DNA from: a virus
Lineage: Duplodnaviria > Caudoviricetes
DNA: 62,381 bases
IMG/VR virus record: IMGVR_UViG_3300013125_000007
Span: 1 to 62,381 of that record
Reading direction: 5' to 3' (one strand)
Notes under the pieces: generated by a model
What the model was told of the DNA's origin: nothing
Databases searched by the model: none
The model's input: the letters and a program-made list of their open reading frames with translations, nothing else
Program-made: the position numbers and the translations under genes
Shown here: in pieces, positions 1 through 8,340 of the stretch
Position numbering within the stretch: the first letter of the stretch is position 1
Layout: every line of letters begins with the position of its first letter

Positions 1-4
1 TGAT

Positions 5-223
5 GTGCCTTGTGATTTAAAATTATATGTAACAGGTACAATAAAATGGGATGGATGTTCCCATTTATGGTTTGGTGAAAAGGAAGAAAACGACAAACAA
101 GATGGATACTTGCATCTTTGCGGAAAATACTGGTGGAAGAATCATGTTGATATGATGAATGCACTCTATGAGTTAGCAGAGAAAACCATTAAGGAATTTA
201 ATAAGAATATAGCAGGTGCATAA
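5..223 (+). CDS. Hypothetical phage protein, possibly 5'-truncated by the window edge
   Basis: 72-aa ORF with a GTG start near the edge; its stop codon overlaps an attC-like left end. Confidence 0.6.
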   Translation: MPCDLKLYVTGTIKWDGCSHLWFGEKEENDKQDGYLHLCGKYWWKNHVDMMNALYELAEKTIKEFNKNIAGA

Positions 224-239
224 CAGAGTAGCTGCTAAT
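218..239 (+). repeat. attC-like left end (R''/L'' half), copy 1
   Basis: GCATAAC followed by AGAGTAGCTGCTAAT; the same 15-mer recurs at 1188-1202, each time directly after a TAA stop. Confidence 0.55.
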
Positions 240-318
240 AGCGGCGGAAATAAATTTAATAACTAACACAAGGAACAAACAAAAGTTTGTCGAATTTTAA
301 TTTGAAATTAGTAAAGAG

Positions 319-540
319 TTGTGTGAATTAAAAGAAAGATATTACAACGCATTTAACGAACTACCCAAAGCAGAAAATAAAGCAATGTTTGGCAGAGTGC
401 TGATAGTTGAGGAAGATATATTACCGCCCAGTGCGATAATGTGGAGATTCTCAAACTCTACTGATAATAAAATATTCGTTTATAAAGAAGGTAAGCTTTA
501 TTTGATTTGTGGTATTATAGCTCAAAATAATTATAACTAA
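319..540 (+). CDS. Hypothetical protein
   Basis: 73-aa ORF, TTG start uncertain. Confidence 0.5.
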   Translation: MCELKERYYNAFNELPKAENKAMFGRVLIVEEDILPPSAIMWRFSNSTDNKIFVYKEGKLYLICGIIAQNNYN

Positions 541-543
541 ACT

Positions 544-563
544 ATCTAACGGGCGGCAGCTAA
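544..563 (+). repeat. Truncated attC-like left end
   Basis: ATCTAAC (fits RYYYAAC) then GGGCGGCAGCTAA, 3 nt after a stop; no matching right half visible. Confidence 0.4.
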
Positions 564-661
564 ATAAAAATGATAGCATTTACTGGTTAACTATTAAATA
601 TACTGTCGGTAAATTACCAATGGGGGAAAAGTTAAAATATTGCAAAACAAATAAATGATAT

Positions 662-697
662 TGTATCGTTTTGATACATATGTATTATTTTGATACA
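662..697. promoter_or_regulatory. Tandem palindromic operator-like sites
   Basis: TGTATC-GTTTT-GATACA (662-678) and TGTATT-ATTTT-GATACA (681-697), 19-nt period. Confidence 0.4.
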
Positions 698-714
698 CGT
701 ATAAATTAAATAAG

Positions 715-752
715 AATTCTATGTATTTTTACTGAAATTATTGTTATATTTA
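715..752 (+). promoter_or_regulatory. Bipartite early/middle promoter candidate, copy 1
   Basis: AATTCTATGTA-N18-TTATATTTA; identical boxes and spacing at 3077-3114. Confidence 0.55.
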
Positions 753-787
753 CTATACAAAACAGATAATTAATCAGAACAAATTAA

Positions 788-1186
788 ATGAGACAAAACT
801 TAAATAAAACAAAAACCACATCTATACAGACGGTTGCAAGCCAGAAAATCAGTTTTGATTTTGATGGTACTTTAACACAAAAAACAATGAGAGATCTTGC
901 GACAAATTTGCTAAAGAGTGGGGTACAAGTTTATATTATTACTTCCCGTTGGTCTGATTGTATGAAAGATGTTTATGAGCTTGCAAAAAAAATAGGAATA
1001 AAAACTGACAATGTATACGCAACAAATAATAAAGATAAAGGCGACTTCATTTTGAAAAACGCATTGGACATAGATATTCACTTTGACGATGATTTTTTTG
1101 ACATAGACTCCATAAACAGAAAAACAAAAACAATGGGTGTGTTAATTGCGTTAGACTTGCACCCGACAAATAATTTTTCTGACTAA
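788..1186 (+). CDS. HAD-superfamily hydrolase (phosphatase/nucleotidase-like)
   Basis: Motif I FDFDGTL, motif II IITSR, motif III K, motif IV HFDDD. Confidence 0.8.
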   Translation: MRQNLNKTKTTSIQTVASQKISFDFDGTLTQKTMRDLATNLLKSGVQVYIITSRWSDCMKDVYELAKKIGIKTDNVYATNNKDKGDFILKNALDIDIHFDDDFFDIDSINRKTKTMGVLIALDLHPTNNFSD

Positions 1187-1310
1187 TAGAGTAGCTGCTA
1201 ATTGATTGACTCAAAACCTTGATCAATATATGGTTGAAAGTCAAAACTAAATATAACATATTGAGCCTGACGAAGCGATAGTGAAGTCAGATTTGGGTGG
1301 CGAGTTAAAC
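1181..1310 (+). repeat. Near-complete attC-like site (130 bp)
   Basis: Starts GACTAAT-AGAGTAGCTGCTAA at the stop codon and ends GTTAAAC (GTTRRRY); imperfect inverted arms GCTGCTAA..TGACT / AGTCAG..GGGTGGC. Confidence 0.55.
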
Positions 1311-1318
1311 AATGAGAA

Positions 1319-1543
1319 GTGGACATTATGAAAAAATATGAAGCAACATTACTTTCTTATGGGGACAATGATAAATTCCCCGACCCAAGTAAAAAAGATT
1401 TTAATACAAGAGAAGACGCTTGGAATTATGTTATTGAACACCTGTGTGATAGTTGCAGAAGTTCTAAAAATCCCATTAAGTCACAATGCGCCGCAGAATG
1501 GATGGTAGAAGAATATGAAAGCGAACACTACTCGATTAGTTAG
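1319..1543 (+). CDS. Hypothetical protein with CxxC..C motif (start may be ATG 1328)
   Basis: 74-aa ORF, LCDSC...QCAAEW. Confidence 0.65.
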   Translation: MDIMKKYEATLLSYGDNDKFPDPSKKDFNTREDAWNYVIEHLCDSCRSSKNPIKSQCAAEWMVEEYESEHYSIS

Positions 1544-2003
1544 CCGAGATTTTTGCGCGTATGGGTATTGTGGTATAGGATTAGATAACCCCAAATGTGA
1601 TGCAAATATAGGGAGTGCATTGAGGGCGTGTGGTGTATATGGCGCAGCCTTTTTAGCAACTACTGGTAAAAGGTATAAACGGGTTTCAACAGATACAATG
1701 AAAAGTGTTAGGTATCTTCCATTGTTTCAAGTTGATGATTTGCATGATATTATACCTTTTGACTGTGTGCCTGTAGCTGTTGATCTTATTAATGGTGCAA
1801 CGCCATTGCCCGAATATAATCACCCACAACGAGCATTTTACATTTTTGGGGCAGAGGATGCAACACTTGGAAAACGAATAACAAATTGGTGTAAAGATAT
1901 TATTTATATACCGACTAATGGATGTATGAATTTAGCCGCAACAGTAAATGTAGTTTTATACGATAGACTAAGTAAAAATTCCGGTCAATATAGTTATAAA
2001 TAA
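1515..2003 (+). CDS. SpoU/TrmH-family (SPOUT) RNA 2'-O-methyltransferase
   Basis: LDNPKCDANIGSALRAC, IFGAEDATL and IPTNGCMNLAATVNVVLYD match the three SPOUT motifs. Confidence 0.9.
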   Translation: MKANTTRLVSRDFCAYGYCGIGLDNPKCDANIGSALRACGVYGAAFLATTGKRYKRVSTDTMKSVRYLPLFQVDDLHDIIPFDCVPVAVDLINGATPLPEYNHPQRAFYIFGAEDATLGKRITNWCKDIIYIPTNGCMNLAATVNVVLYDRLSKNSGQYSYK

Positions 2004-2039
2004 TTAGTCGAAATAAATTAAAAACTACAAACTAAATAA

Positions 2040-2145
2040 TGTTAAAAACTTTAATTTAAATTAAGTTGAATGGCTGGGTCTTGGATATATAAGAACACAA
2101 GTGTTGACCAGTTGTGCCATTCAACTTATATTAAAGTTTGCAACA
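2040..2145. ncRNA. Candidate structured RNA / long branched hairpin
   Basis: 13-bp perfect inverted repeat (2062-2074/2116-2128) plus 10-bp outer stem (2046-2055/2130-2139) enclosing two small hairpins. Confidence 0.4.
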
Positions 2146-2239
2146 GATAAAAATTTAGAAGGAGAGTAATTGATTATTATATTGGAGATCAGATATAACA
2201 ACTGGAAACAGATTCATAAATTTAAAATAGGTAAAAAAT

Positions 2240-2509
2240 ATGAAATTTACAATGGGTGAATATAATTTAGCAAATGAATTTGATTTAGATTTATCTTTAT
2301 ATAAAGAAATTCCGCTATGGCCAGTTCAGAATCACTTTACTAAAGAAACAATAATGTTGAATAATTTGGGTCTTAAATTATATAATAACATTATGAATAA
2401 ATATGAAGCATATGAACGTGGAGAATCTGGTGCAGTAAGATTTTATGATAGATTAAAATATTTATTTGCAAAGATGTTTCCAAAAGAATATATGAAATTA
2501 ATAGATTAA
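2240..2509 (+). CDS. Hypothetical protein
   Basis: 89-aa ORF with ATG start. Confidence 0.7.
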   Translation: MKFTMGEYNLANEFDLDLSLYKEIPLWPVQNHFTKETIMLNNLGLKLYNNIMNKYEAYERGESGAVRFYDRLKYLFAKMFPKEYMKLID

Positions 2510-2632
2510 TAATTAAATGTAAATATGTGGATAGGATGAAAATAATGTCTGTGTAGAATTATATGTTCCTAGACCTTCTATATATTTTCTAAAGATTACC
2601 CTCATCTATTTATAATAAAAATAAGGATTAAA

Positions 2633-2926
2633 ATGAAAAGATTTGTTCATGACGAAAATGTAAAAACTAAATATAAAGATTTATGTATTACATGTAATTC
2701 ATTTGACGGTAAGATATATTATTTTAGTTGTCCACTACAAAATGGAAATACATTATATTTATATCTTAGACTGGCTGATATGTCATTTCCAGTCGCAATA
2801 AATTCAAATTACATTATTAATGATCTAAATTATTTCTTATTAGAAGAAGTTAATCCAACAAAACAACTTGTATTTAATTATGAACCTACTTATTATCACG
2901 GTACAGGTACTGAAGTAAAATATTAA
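2633..2926 (+). CDS. Hypothetical protein
   Basis: 97-aa ORF, AAGGA RBS, TATTTATA motif at 2607-2614. Confidence 0.7.
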   Translation: MKRFVHDENVKTKYKDLCITCNSFDGKIYYFSCPLQNGNTLYLYLRLADMSFPVAINSNYIINDLNYFLLEEVNPTKQLVFNYEPTYYHGTGTEVKY

Positions 2927-3076
2927 AATGTGTAAAACAACTATTAAATATTTATGTTTATTTGACAACACATATTAAAAATTAATAATGTAAACCATCT
3001 CTAAGTAGACTGAAAATACATAAAAGAATACTTATTTTATATTTGAAACTAATCAAAACACCTTAAAATAATAACA

Positions 3077-3114
3077 AATTCTATGTACTTTTATGTAGAA
3101 TTGTATTATATTTA
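3077..3114 (+). promoter_or_regulatory. Bipartite early/middle promoter candidate, copy 2
   Basis: AATTCTATGTA-N18-TTATATTTA upstream of the DNA ligase gene. Confidence 0.55.
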
Positions 3115-3161
3115 ATAGTTAAATAAAATATATTAATAATGACAAACAAAGGAAAAACTGG

Positions 3162-4292
3162 ATGAAATTTCCAACTATTTATAAACGTACAAAACTTGGT
3201 TCAGTCCAAGAGTGGACAATTGAAGTAGAAGGTAATAAGTATCGAACCATTACCGGTCAAACTTCTGGGAAAAAAATAATTTCAAAATGGACTGTTTGTG
3301 AATCTAAAAATGACGGAAAAATAAATGGAACAACTCCTGTCGAACAAGCACAACTTCAAGCTCAACGTCTTAGAGAAAGAAAACTAGAAAGAGAATATAA
3401 AGAATCAGTTTCTAATATAGACGAAAAGAATTTTGTTCAAACCATTCAACCTATGTTGGCAGCAAAATGGGAAGATATTAAAGATAAAGTTTCTGGAAAA
3501 GTTTTTGTCCAACCTAAACTAGACGGAATTAGATGTATTATAACGAAACACGGAATGTGGTCACGAAACGGAAAACCACTTTTAGCTGCCCCACATATTT
3601 TTAAAGAAGTAAAATATGTTTTTGATAAATATCCGGATATTATTGCTCTCGACGGAGAATTATACAATCATAGTTTATCGGAAAATTTCAATAAAATTAT
3701 TTCAATTGCAAAAAAAACAAAACCAACTTTAGAAGATTTAAAAGAATCTGAAGATGTTATTCAATTTTGGAACTATGATGTTATCTTGACAATTAATCCT
3801 AGTTTTTCTGAAAGAATTAAATTTCTTGAAAAATTACATAAAGAAAATAAGAAAGTCAACTATAACACAAGTCATATAGTTTTAGTTGATACGTTGGAAT
3901 GTAACAAAGAAGAAGTTGATGATTATTTAGAAAGCATGATTAATCAAATGTATGAAGGTCTAATTATCAGATTGGATAAACCATATGAACAAAGACGGTC
4001 AAATAATTTATTAAAATACAAAGTTTTCATGGATGAAGAATTTCCAATTGATGATATTGAAGAAGGTGACGGAAATAGAACTGGAATTGCCGGAAATATC
4101 ATCACTCATAATAAAGATGGAAAATCATTTCATTCAAACCTTAAATTTGATAATGATTTCTGTAGAGACTTATTAGTTAATAAAAAGAAATATATTGGTA
4201 AATCCTGTACAATAAAATTCTTCCAATATACACCAGGTGGAATTCCTAGATTTCCATTCGTTATCAATATTAGTAGAGAAGATTACGAATAA
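3162..4292 (+). CDS. ATP-dependent DNA ligase
   Basis: Motif I QPKLDGIR, III LDGELY, IV YEGLIIR, V LLKYK, VI PRFP. Confidence 0.95.
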   Translation: MKFPTIYKRTKLGSVQEWTIEVEGNKYRTITGQTSGKKIISKWTVCESKNDGKINGTTPVEQAQLQAQRLRERKLEREYKESVSNIDEKNFVQTIQPMLAAKWEDIKDKVSGKVFVQPKLDGIRCIITKHGMWSRNGKPLLAAPHIFKEVKYVFDKYPDIIALDGELYNHSLSENFNKIISIAKKTKPTLEDLKESEDVIQFWNYDVILTINPSFSERIKFLEKLHKENKKVNYNTSHIVLVDTLECNKEEVDDYLESMINQMYEGLIIRLDKPYEQRRSNNLLKYKVFMDEEFPIDDIEEGDGNRTGIAGNIITHNKDGKSFHSNLKFDNDFCRDLLVNKKKYIGKSCTIKFFQYTPGGIPRFPFVINISREDYE

Positions 4293-4349
4293 AATTAAAT
4301 TAGTTAATATTTATTATAGTTAAAATGTTATATTTAATAGGTTATTTAA

Positions 4350-4658
4350 ATGAGCATCGCAAAAAAACTTTTAGAAATTAAAATTGGTGTATCAAAATGG
4401 CCCAAAAGTTCTATAAAAACAAATGTTATTAAAATAGAAAAACCTAAAATTGAAACTTTATCACTTACAGATGTGAATAAAGTACATCTTCTTGTAACTA
4501 CTACGTTTGAAAATAATAAATATTTTGCAAAAGCCGGAGATGAGGATTATACTCAATTTATAAATCAAGCAAAATTAAAATACGCGTTTACTAGAAGTGG
4601 TAGAATTAAAGGTACTATTAATAAAGATAATACTATAGTATGGAGAGTTACCAAATGA
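4350..4658 (+). CDS. Hypothetical protein sharing a C-terminal domain with 6225..6821
   Basis: DYT..N..K.KYA...G.I.G...WRV.K pattern in both proteins. Confidence 0.75.
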   Translation: MSIAKKLLEIKIGVSKWPKSSIKTNVIKIEKPKIETLSLTDVNKVHLLVTTTFENNKYFAKAGDEDYTQFINQAKLKYAFTRSGRIKGTINKDNTIVWRVTK

Positions 4659-5689
4659 GAAAATTAGCAACTATAAGACGAATTTCAAATATTAAACCAA
4701 TACCAAATGCAGATAAAATTGAAGTTGCAACTGTAGATGGATGGCAAGTTGTTATTAAAAAAGGAGAATTTTCAGTTGGTGAGTTATGCATATATTGTGA
4801 AGTAGATTCATTCTTACCTATTAAACCTGAATTTGAATTTTTAAGAAAATCATCATACAGAAAATTTCCCGATGGACGTGAAGGTTTTAGACTTAAGACC
4901 ATTAAAATGAAAGGTCAAGTTTCTCAGGGATTAATTTTACCACTTGATGTTATAACAGGTTTAATGTCAATTGATCAAGATGACAATGAAATAGGTCACT
5001 CTCTATTATTCAGAGATGTAACTGATATTTTAGGTATTGTTTTATATGACCCTCCAATTCCTGCATGTCTAAATGGTAAAGTTATAGGTTTATTTCCATC
5101 TTTTATTCCGAAAACTGACGAAGAAAGATTTCAAAATTTAAGTATGGTATTATCAAAATATTCAGGTAATAAATTTTATGTAACTGAAAAGATTGATGGA
5201 ACTTCAACTACCATTTATGTTAAAGATGGTCGTGTTGGTGTATGTTCCAGAAATTTAGAATTAGATATGTCTGATGTAAATAATAAATATATTAAAACAT
5301 TTACTGAAATGGGTCTAATTGACAAATTGCAAATTTTTTCACGTAATTTAGCTATACAAGGTGAATTAGTTGGACCTGGAATTCAAAGAAATCTTTATAA
5401 AAGAACCAAGGCGGAAATATATGTTTATAGTATATTTAATATAGATACCCAATCATATTTATCATATAATGAATTTTTGTTTATGTTGAACTATTTTCAA
5501 TTGAATAGTGTTCCAATTGTAGATTCAAATTTTGTGTATGAAGGTCAAGATTTATTACTTATGGCAGATGGTAAATCTCTGTTAAATCCAGAATTAGATA
5601 GAGAAGGTTTAGTGTTTAGAACAGTAGATTTGCCTAAATTTTCTTTTAAATCAATTAGCAATAAATTTTTACTTATAAATGAGGATTAA
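4655..5689 (+). CDS. RNA ligase, DRB0094/Rnl5-like (N-terminal OB fold)
   Basis: MRKLATI..IPNADKIE N-terminus, PKTDEER, TEKIDGTS, QGELVGPGIQ, REGLVF, FKSISNKFL; ATG 4655 has a GGAGAG RBS and overlaps the previous stop. Confidence 0.93.
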   Translation: MRKLATIRRISNIKPIPNADKIEVATVDGWQVVIKKGEFSVGELCIYCEVDSFLPIKPEFEFLRKSSYRKFPDGREGFRLKTIKMKGQVSQGLILPLDVITGLMSIDQDDNEIGHSLLFRDVTDILGIVLYDPPIPACLNGKVIGLFPSFIPKTDEERFQNLSMVLSKYSGNKFYVTEKIDGTSTTIYVKDGRVGVCSRNLELDMSDVNNKYIKTFTEMGLIDKLQIFSRNLAIQGELVGPGIQRNLYKRTKAEIYVYSIFNIDTQSYLSYNEFLFMLNYFQLNSVPIVDSNFVYEGQDLLLMADGKSLLNPELDREGLVFRTVDLPKFSFKSISNKFLLINED

Positions 5690-6212
5690 ATTGAAAGTTT
5701 ATATTTCAGCGCCAATGAATAACAATCCAATAGGTAATATAATTGATTATTATTCTTATTGGGAACAAGTATTACGAATGCAAGGTTATAATGTATTGAA
5801 TCCAATGGCAGGAAAAATGATTAAGAATGAGTTACATAACTGGGGTATACAGCCAGGTGATGTATTAACTAATGAAAATTTAGATCCTCTTCAAAACATT
5901 TCTATTTGGAATTATCAAAATATATTTGCTAGAGACAAATGGATGATTAATCAATCTGACATCGTATTTGCAACACTTATAGAACCATTTACCGATGGTC
6001 TTAATTCTAAAGTTTCAACTGGTGTATTATGTGAAGTTGCATGGGGACACATATTAAATAAAAATGTAGCATTGGTTATTAATAAAAATAATTCATCACA
6101 TAATCATACATTTATTACTTCATGTGCAACAAGTTTATTTTATCATAACAAATATACAGATGATGTATTAAAAGATTATTTTAATACATTATTAAATGGT
6201 AGTTTTAATTAA
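5679..6212 (+). CDS. Nucleoside 2-deoxyribosyltransferase-like protein
   Basis: KVYISAPM, VLNP, RDKWMINQSDIV, STGVLCEVAWG. Confidence 0.75.
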   Translation: MRIKLKVYISAPMNNNPIGNIIDYYSYWEQVLRMQGYNVLNPMAGKMIKNELHNWGIQPGDVLTNENLDPLQNISIWNYQNIFARDKWMINQSDIVFATLIEPFTDGLNSKVSTGVLCEVAWGHILNKNVALVINKNNSSHNHTFITSCATSLFYHNKYTDDVLKDYFNTLLNGSFN

Positions 6213-6224
6213 AGAAAGGTTTTC

Positions 6225-6821
6225 ATGGCAATATTAAAGTTAAATGATTTCAAAGTAGCATATCCTAATTTATGGGTAACAATTAATAATATAAGAATTG
6301 AAACTGGTTCACAGAAACTTGATAATATTTATCCTGAACAGTTTAATATTCCTATTAGAATGTCAGATGCATCTCTTGCTGAATTATTTTTAACAAAATC
6401 TAATACAACTAAGACCTTAGTACCATTGGGTTATAATCAATTTGAAAAAATTAAACAAGCTGTGATTAATGAACCAAACGTTATAAACTGGTTGAATGTA
6501 TTATACTATAATTTAAAAGAAGGGGATACTACTAATATTTATAATAAAGAATTAAAAGTAAAACTTAAGAATAAAGTTAAAAAACAACAATCTTATTTTA
6601 ACAAAGATACAGAAATTATATTAACATTAACTGTATCTAAGGTTAATAACAAAGATGTATATCGTGCAATAGATACAAATACTGGAATAGATTATACATC
6701 TAAAGTAAATAACATGAAAATGAAATACGCAGTTGTTAATAAGGGTGTTATTCGAGGTAGAGAAGATTCAAGTGGAAATTATAAATGGCGTGTCATTAAA
6801 GAAAAATTTATTAAAGATTAA
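6225..6821 (+). CDS. Hypothetical protein (C-terminal domain related to 4350..4658)
   Basis: 198-aa ORF in tight operon spacing. Confidence 0.8.
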   Translation: MAILKLNDFKVAYPNLWVTINNIRIETGSQKLDNIYPEQFNIPIRMSDASLAELFLTKSNTTKTLVPLGYNQFEKIKQAVINEPNVINWLNVLYYNLKEGDTTNIYNKELKVKLKNKVKKQQSYFNKDTEIILTLTVSKVNNKDVYRAIDTNTGIDYTSKVNNMKMKYAVVNKGVIRGREDSSGNYKWRVIKEKFIKD

Positions 6822-6823
6822 TT

Positions 6824-7027
6824 ATGAGTAAAGTAGATATATATACAATTACATCTTTGTTAGATGATAGTCCAGAAACAAATGAGATGTACAGATTATG
6901 GGATTTAGGTGATTGTTCTTTAATAGGATTACTTAAAATTTTATTAAAACAGGAAATTAATAAAGAAATTAAAAGTCGTGGTCAATATTATGATGGAGAA
7001 TTTAAAGAATTAGAGTCAGTGTTATGA
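6824..7027 (+). CDS. Hypothetical protein
   Basis: 67-aa ORF 2 nt after the previous stop. Confidence 0.7.
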   Translation: MSKVDIYTITSLLDDSPETNEMYRLWDLGDCSLIGLLKILLKQEINKEIKSRGQYYDGEFKELESVL

Positions 7028-7150
7028 AATTAAGATTTAATTTATAATGTGATGTACCTAATAAGATTTGCCCAACACTACTACCAATAAGAATTTAAAA
7101 AGTATTTTAAAGAAAATGATAGAATCAGTAAATCATAATAGAGAATTAAA

Positions 7151-7417
7151 ATGAAAATGAAAAAAATAATGGAAATGCCTCATGTTGATGTTGGCAAATC
7201 TACTTTTGACTTATGTATAGAAAAATATCCGATGTCATTAAATGAAAAATCAACATTGATAAAGTTATTTAATGAAAAAGGACTAAATGCATATCATAAA
7301 AAATATAAATGGATTTTAATTAAACCTAGTAGAATAGAAAAAATTAAATTTCCTGTATCACTATTATATACTCTTCCAGAATATTGGCAAGATTATGTTG
7401 TAGGTAATATAGAATAA
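7151..7417 (+). CDS. Hypothetical protein with short basic leader ending I-M-E
   Basis: 88-aa ORF, MKMKKIME|MPH. Confidence 0.7.
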   Translation: MKMKKIMEMPHVDVGKSTFDLCIEKYPMSLNEKSTLIKLFNEKGLNAYHKKYKWILIKPSRIEKIKFPVSLLYTLPEYWQDYVVGNIE

Positions 7418-7418
7418 T

Positions 7419-7619
7419 ATGCACATATTAGTAGAAATAGAAAATCATATTACAGCTATAGATATTTTTGCTTTCAACATCGCTCAATTTTTGTTAATAT
7501 CAAATTCTGATATAACTAGTAATAATATTAAATATAAAATTAATATGTTGAACAATGACAGAAGAGATTTATTTAAATTAATATCTAAGTTAAAAACTTT
7601 ATCACATGAAAGAAATTAA
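7419..7619 (+). CDS. Hypothetical protein
   Basis: 66-aa ORF coupled to its neighbours. Confidence 0.55.
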   Translation: MHILVEIENHITAIDIFAFNIAQFLLISNSDITSNNIKYKINMLNNDRRDLFKLISKLKTLSHERN

Positions 7620-8340
7620 TAGTGGATTTTTGTTAACTACATCTCAAAGAGAAGTAAATAATAAATCCATAGAATATATGTGGCAAAGGTTGTGTATGCT
7701 CTTAGCATATAGTGATTTGAGTACGCCAAACATTGTATTTACATCAAATAAAGAACGGTGGATAAAACATTGTGGTCATGAAAAGGTATCGTGTCTGTAT
7801 GACGAAGATACTGGTTCAATTGTATTTGATGCTGATAATTATTATTTGACATCTACCTTAGTTCAAAAATACGTACCTCAAACTATAATTAATTTAGCAA
7901 AAGAAAAAAATTATATTTATATAATTCCACTAGCAGATGTTTATCACGAAATGATTCATCACGTTCAATTTAGTATAGGTATATGGACACATAATGATTT
8001 ATTGGAGGCAAGTGCTGAATTATATTGTTATATGATTACAAATTATAGAGCAGATGAATATTACGATGAGATGTTATCTTTTTGGTATATTGCTAAAAAA
8101 ATATTAAGATTAAAACCGTGGGAGTTATATTTATTTGTTAGAGACTCAATTGTAGATGAAAATTTCTATATAAAATATTTTAGCAATCCTAAATTTGTAA
8201 AATATATTGCAGATGAATATTCAGGTTCAGTAGAAAAATTCTGGTCAACATTTAAATTAAAGAATGCTAAAAAAAGATTTAAATCTCAAATGTTAAATGA
8301 TATTAATAAAATACACACTGAAATGTTTTATAAATGGTAA
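7606..8340 (+). CDS. Hypothetical protein with HExxH zincin-like motif
   Basis: YHEMIHH followed by a downstream LLEASA. Confidence 0.6.
   Translation: MKEINSGFLLTTSQREVNNKSIEYMWQRLCMLLAYSDLSTPNIVFTSNKERWIKHCGHEKVSCLYDEDTGSIVFDADNYYLTSTLVQKYVPQTIINLAKEKNYIYIIPLADVYHEMIHHVQFSIGIWTHNDLLEASAELYCYMITNYRADEYYDEMLSFWYIAKKILRLKPWELYLFVRDSIVDENFYIKYFSNPKFVKYIADEYSGSVEKFWSTFKLKNAKKRFKSQMLNDINKIHTEMFYKW

Noticed and set aside
218-1310. CRISPR array interpretation of the AGAGTAGCTGCTAAT repeat
   Set aside because: Only two copies about 960 bp apart with whole genes between them; no spacer periodicity and no cas genes.
2062-2128. tRNA interpretation of the branched hairpin
   Set aside because: No T-loop GTTCRA, D-loop or 7-nt anticodon loop geometry.
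2521-2588. Possible second hairpin (AAATATGTGGATAGG...CCTTCTATATATTT)
   Set aside because: It depends on several G-U pairs in AT-rich sequence and is too weak to call without covariation.
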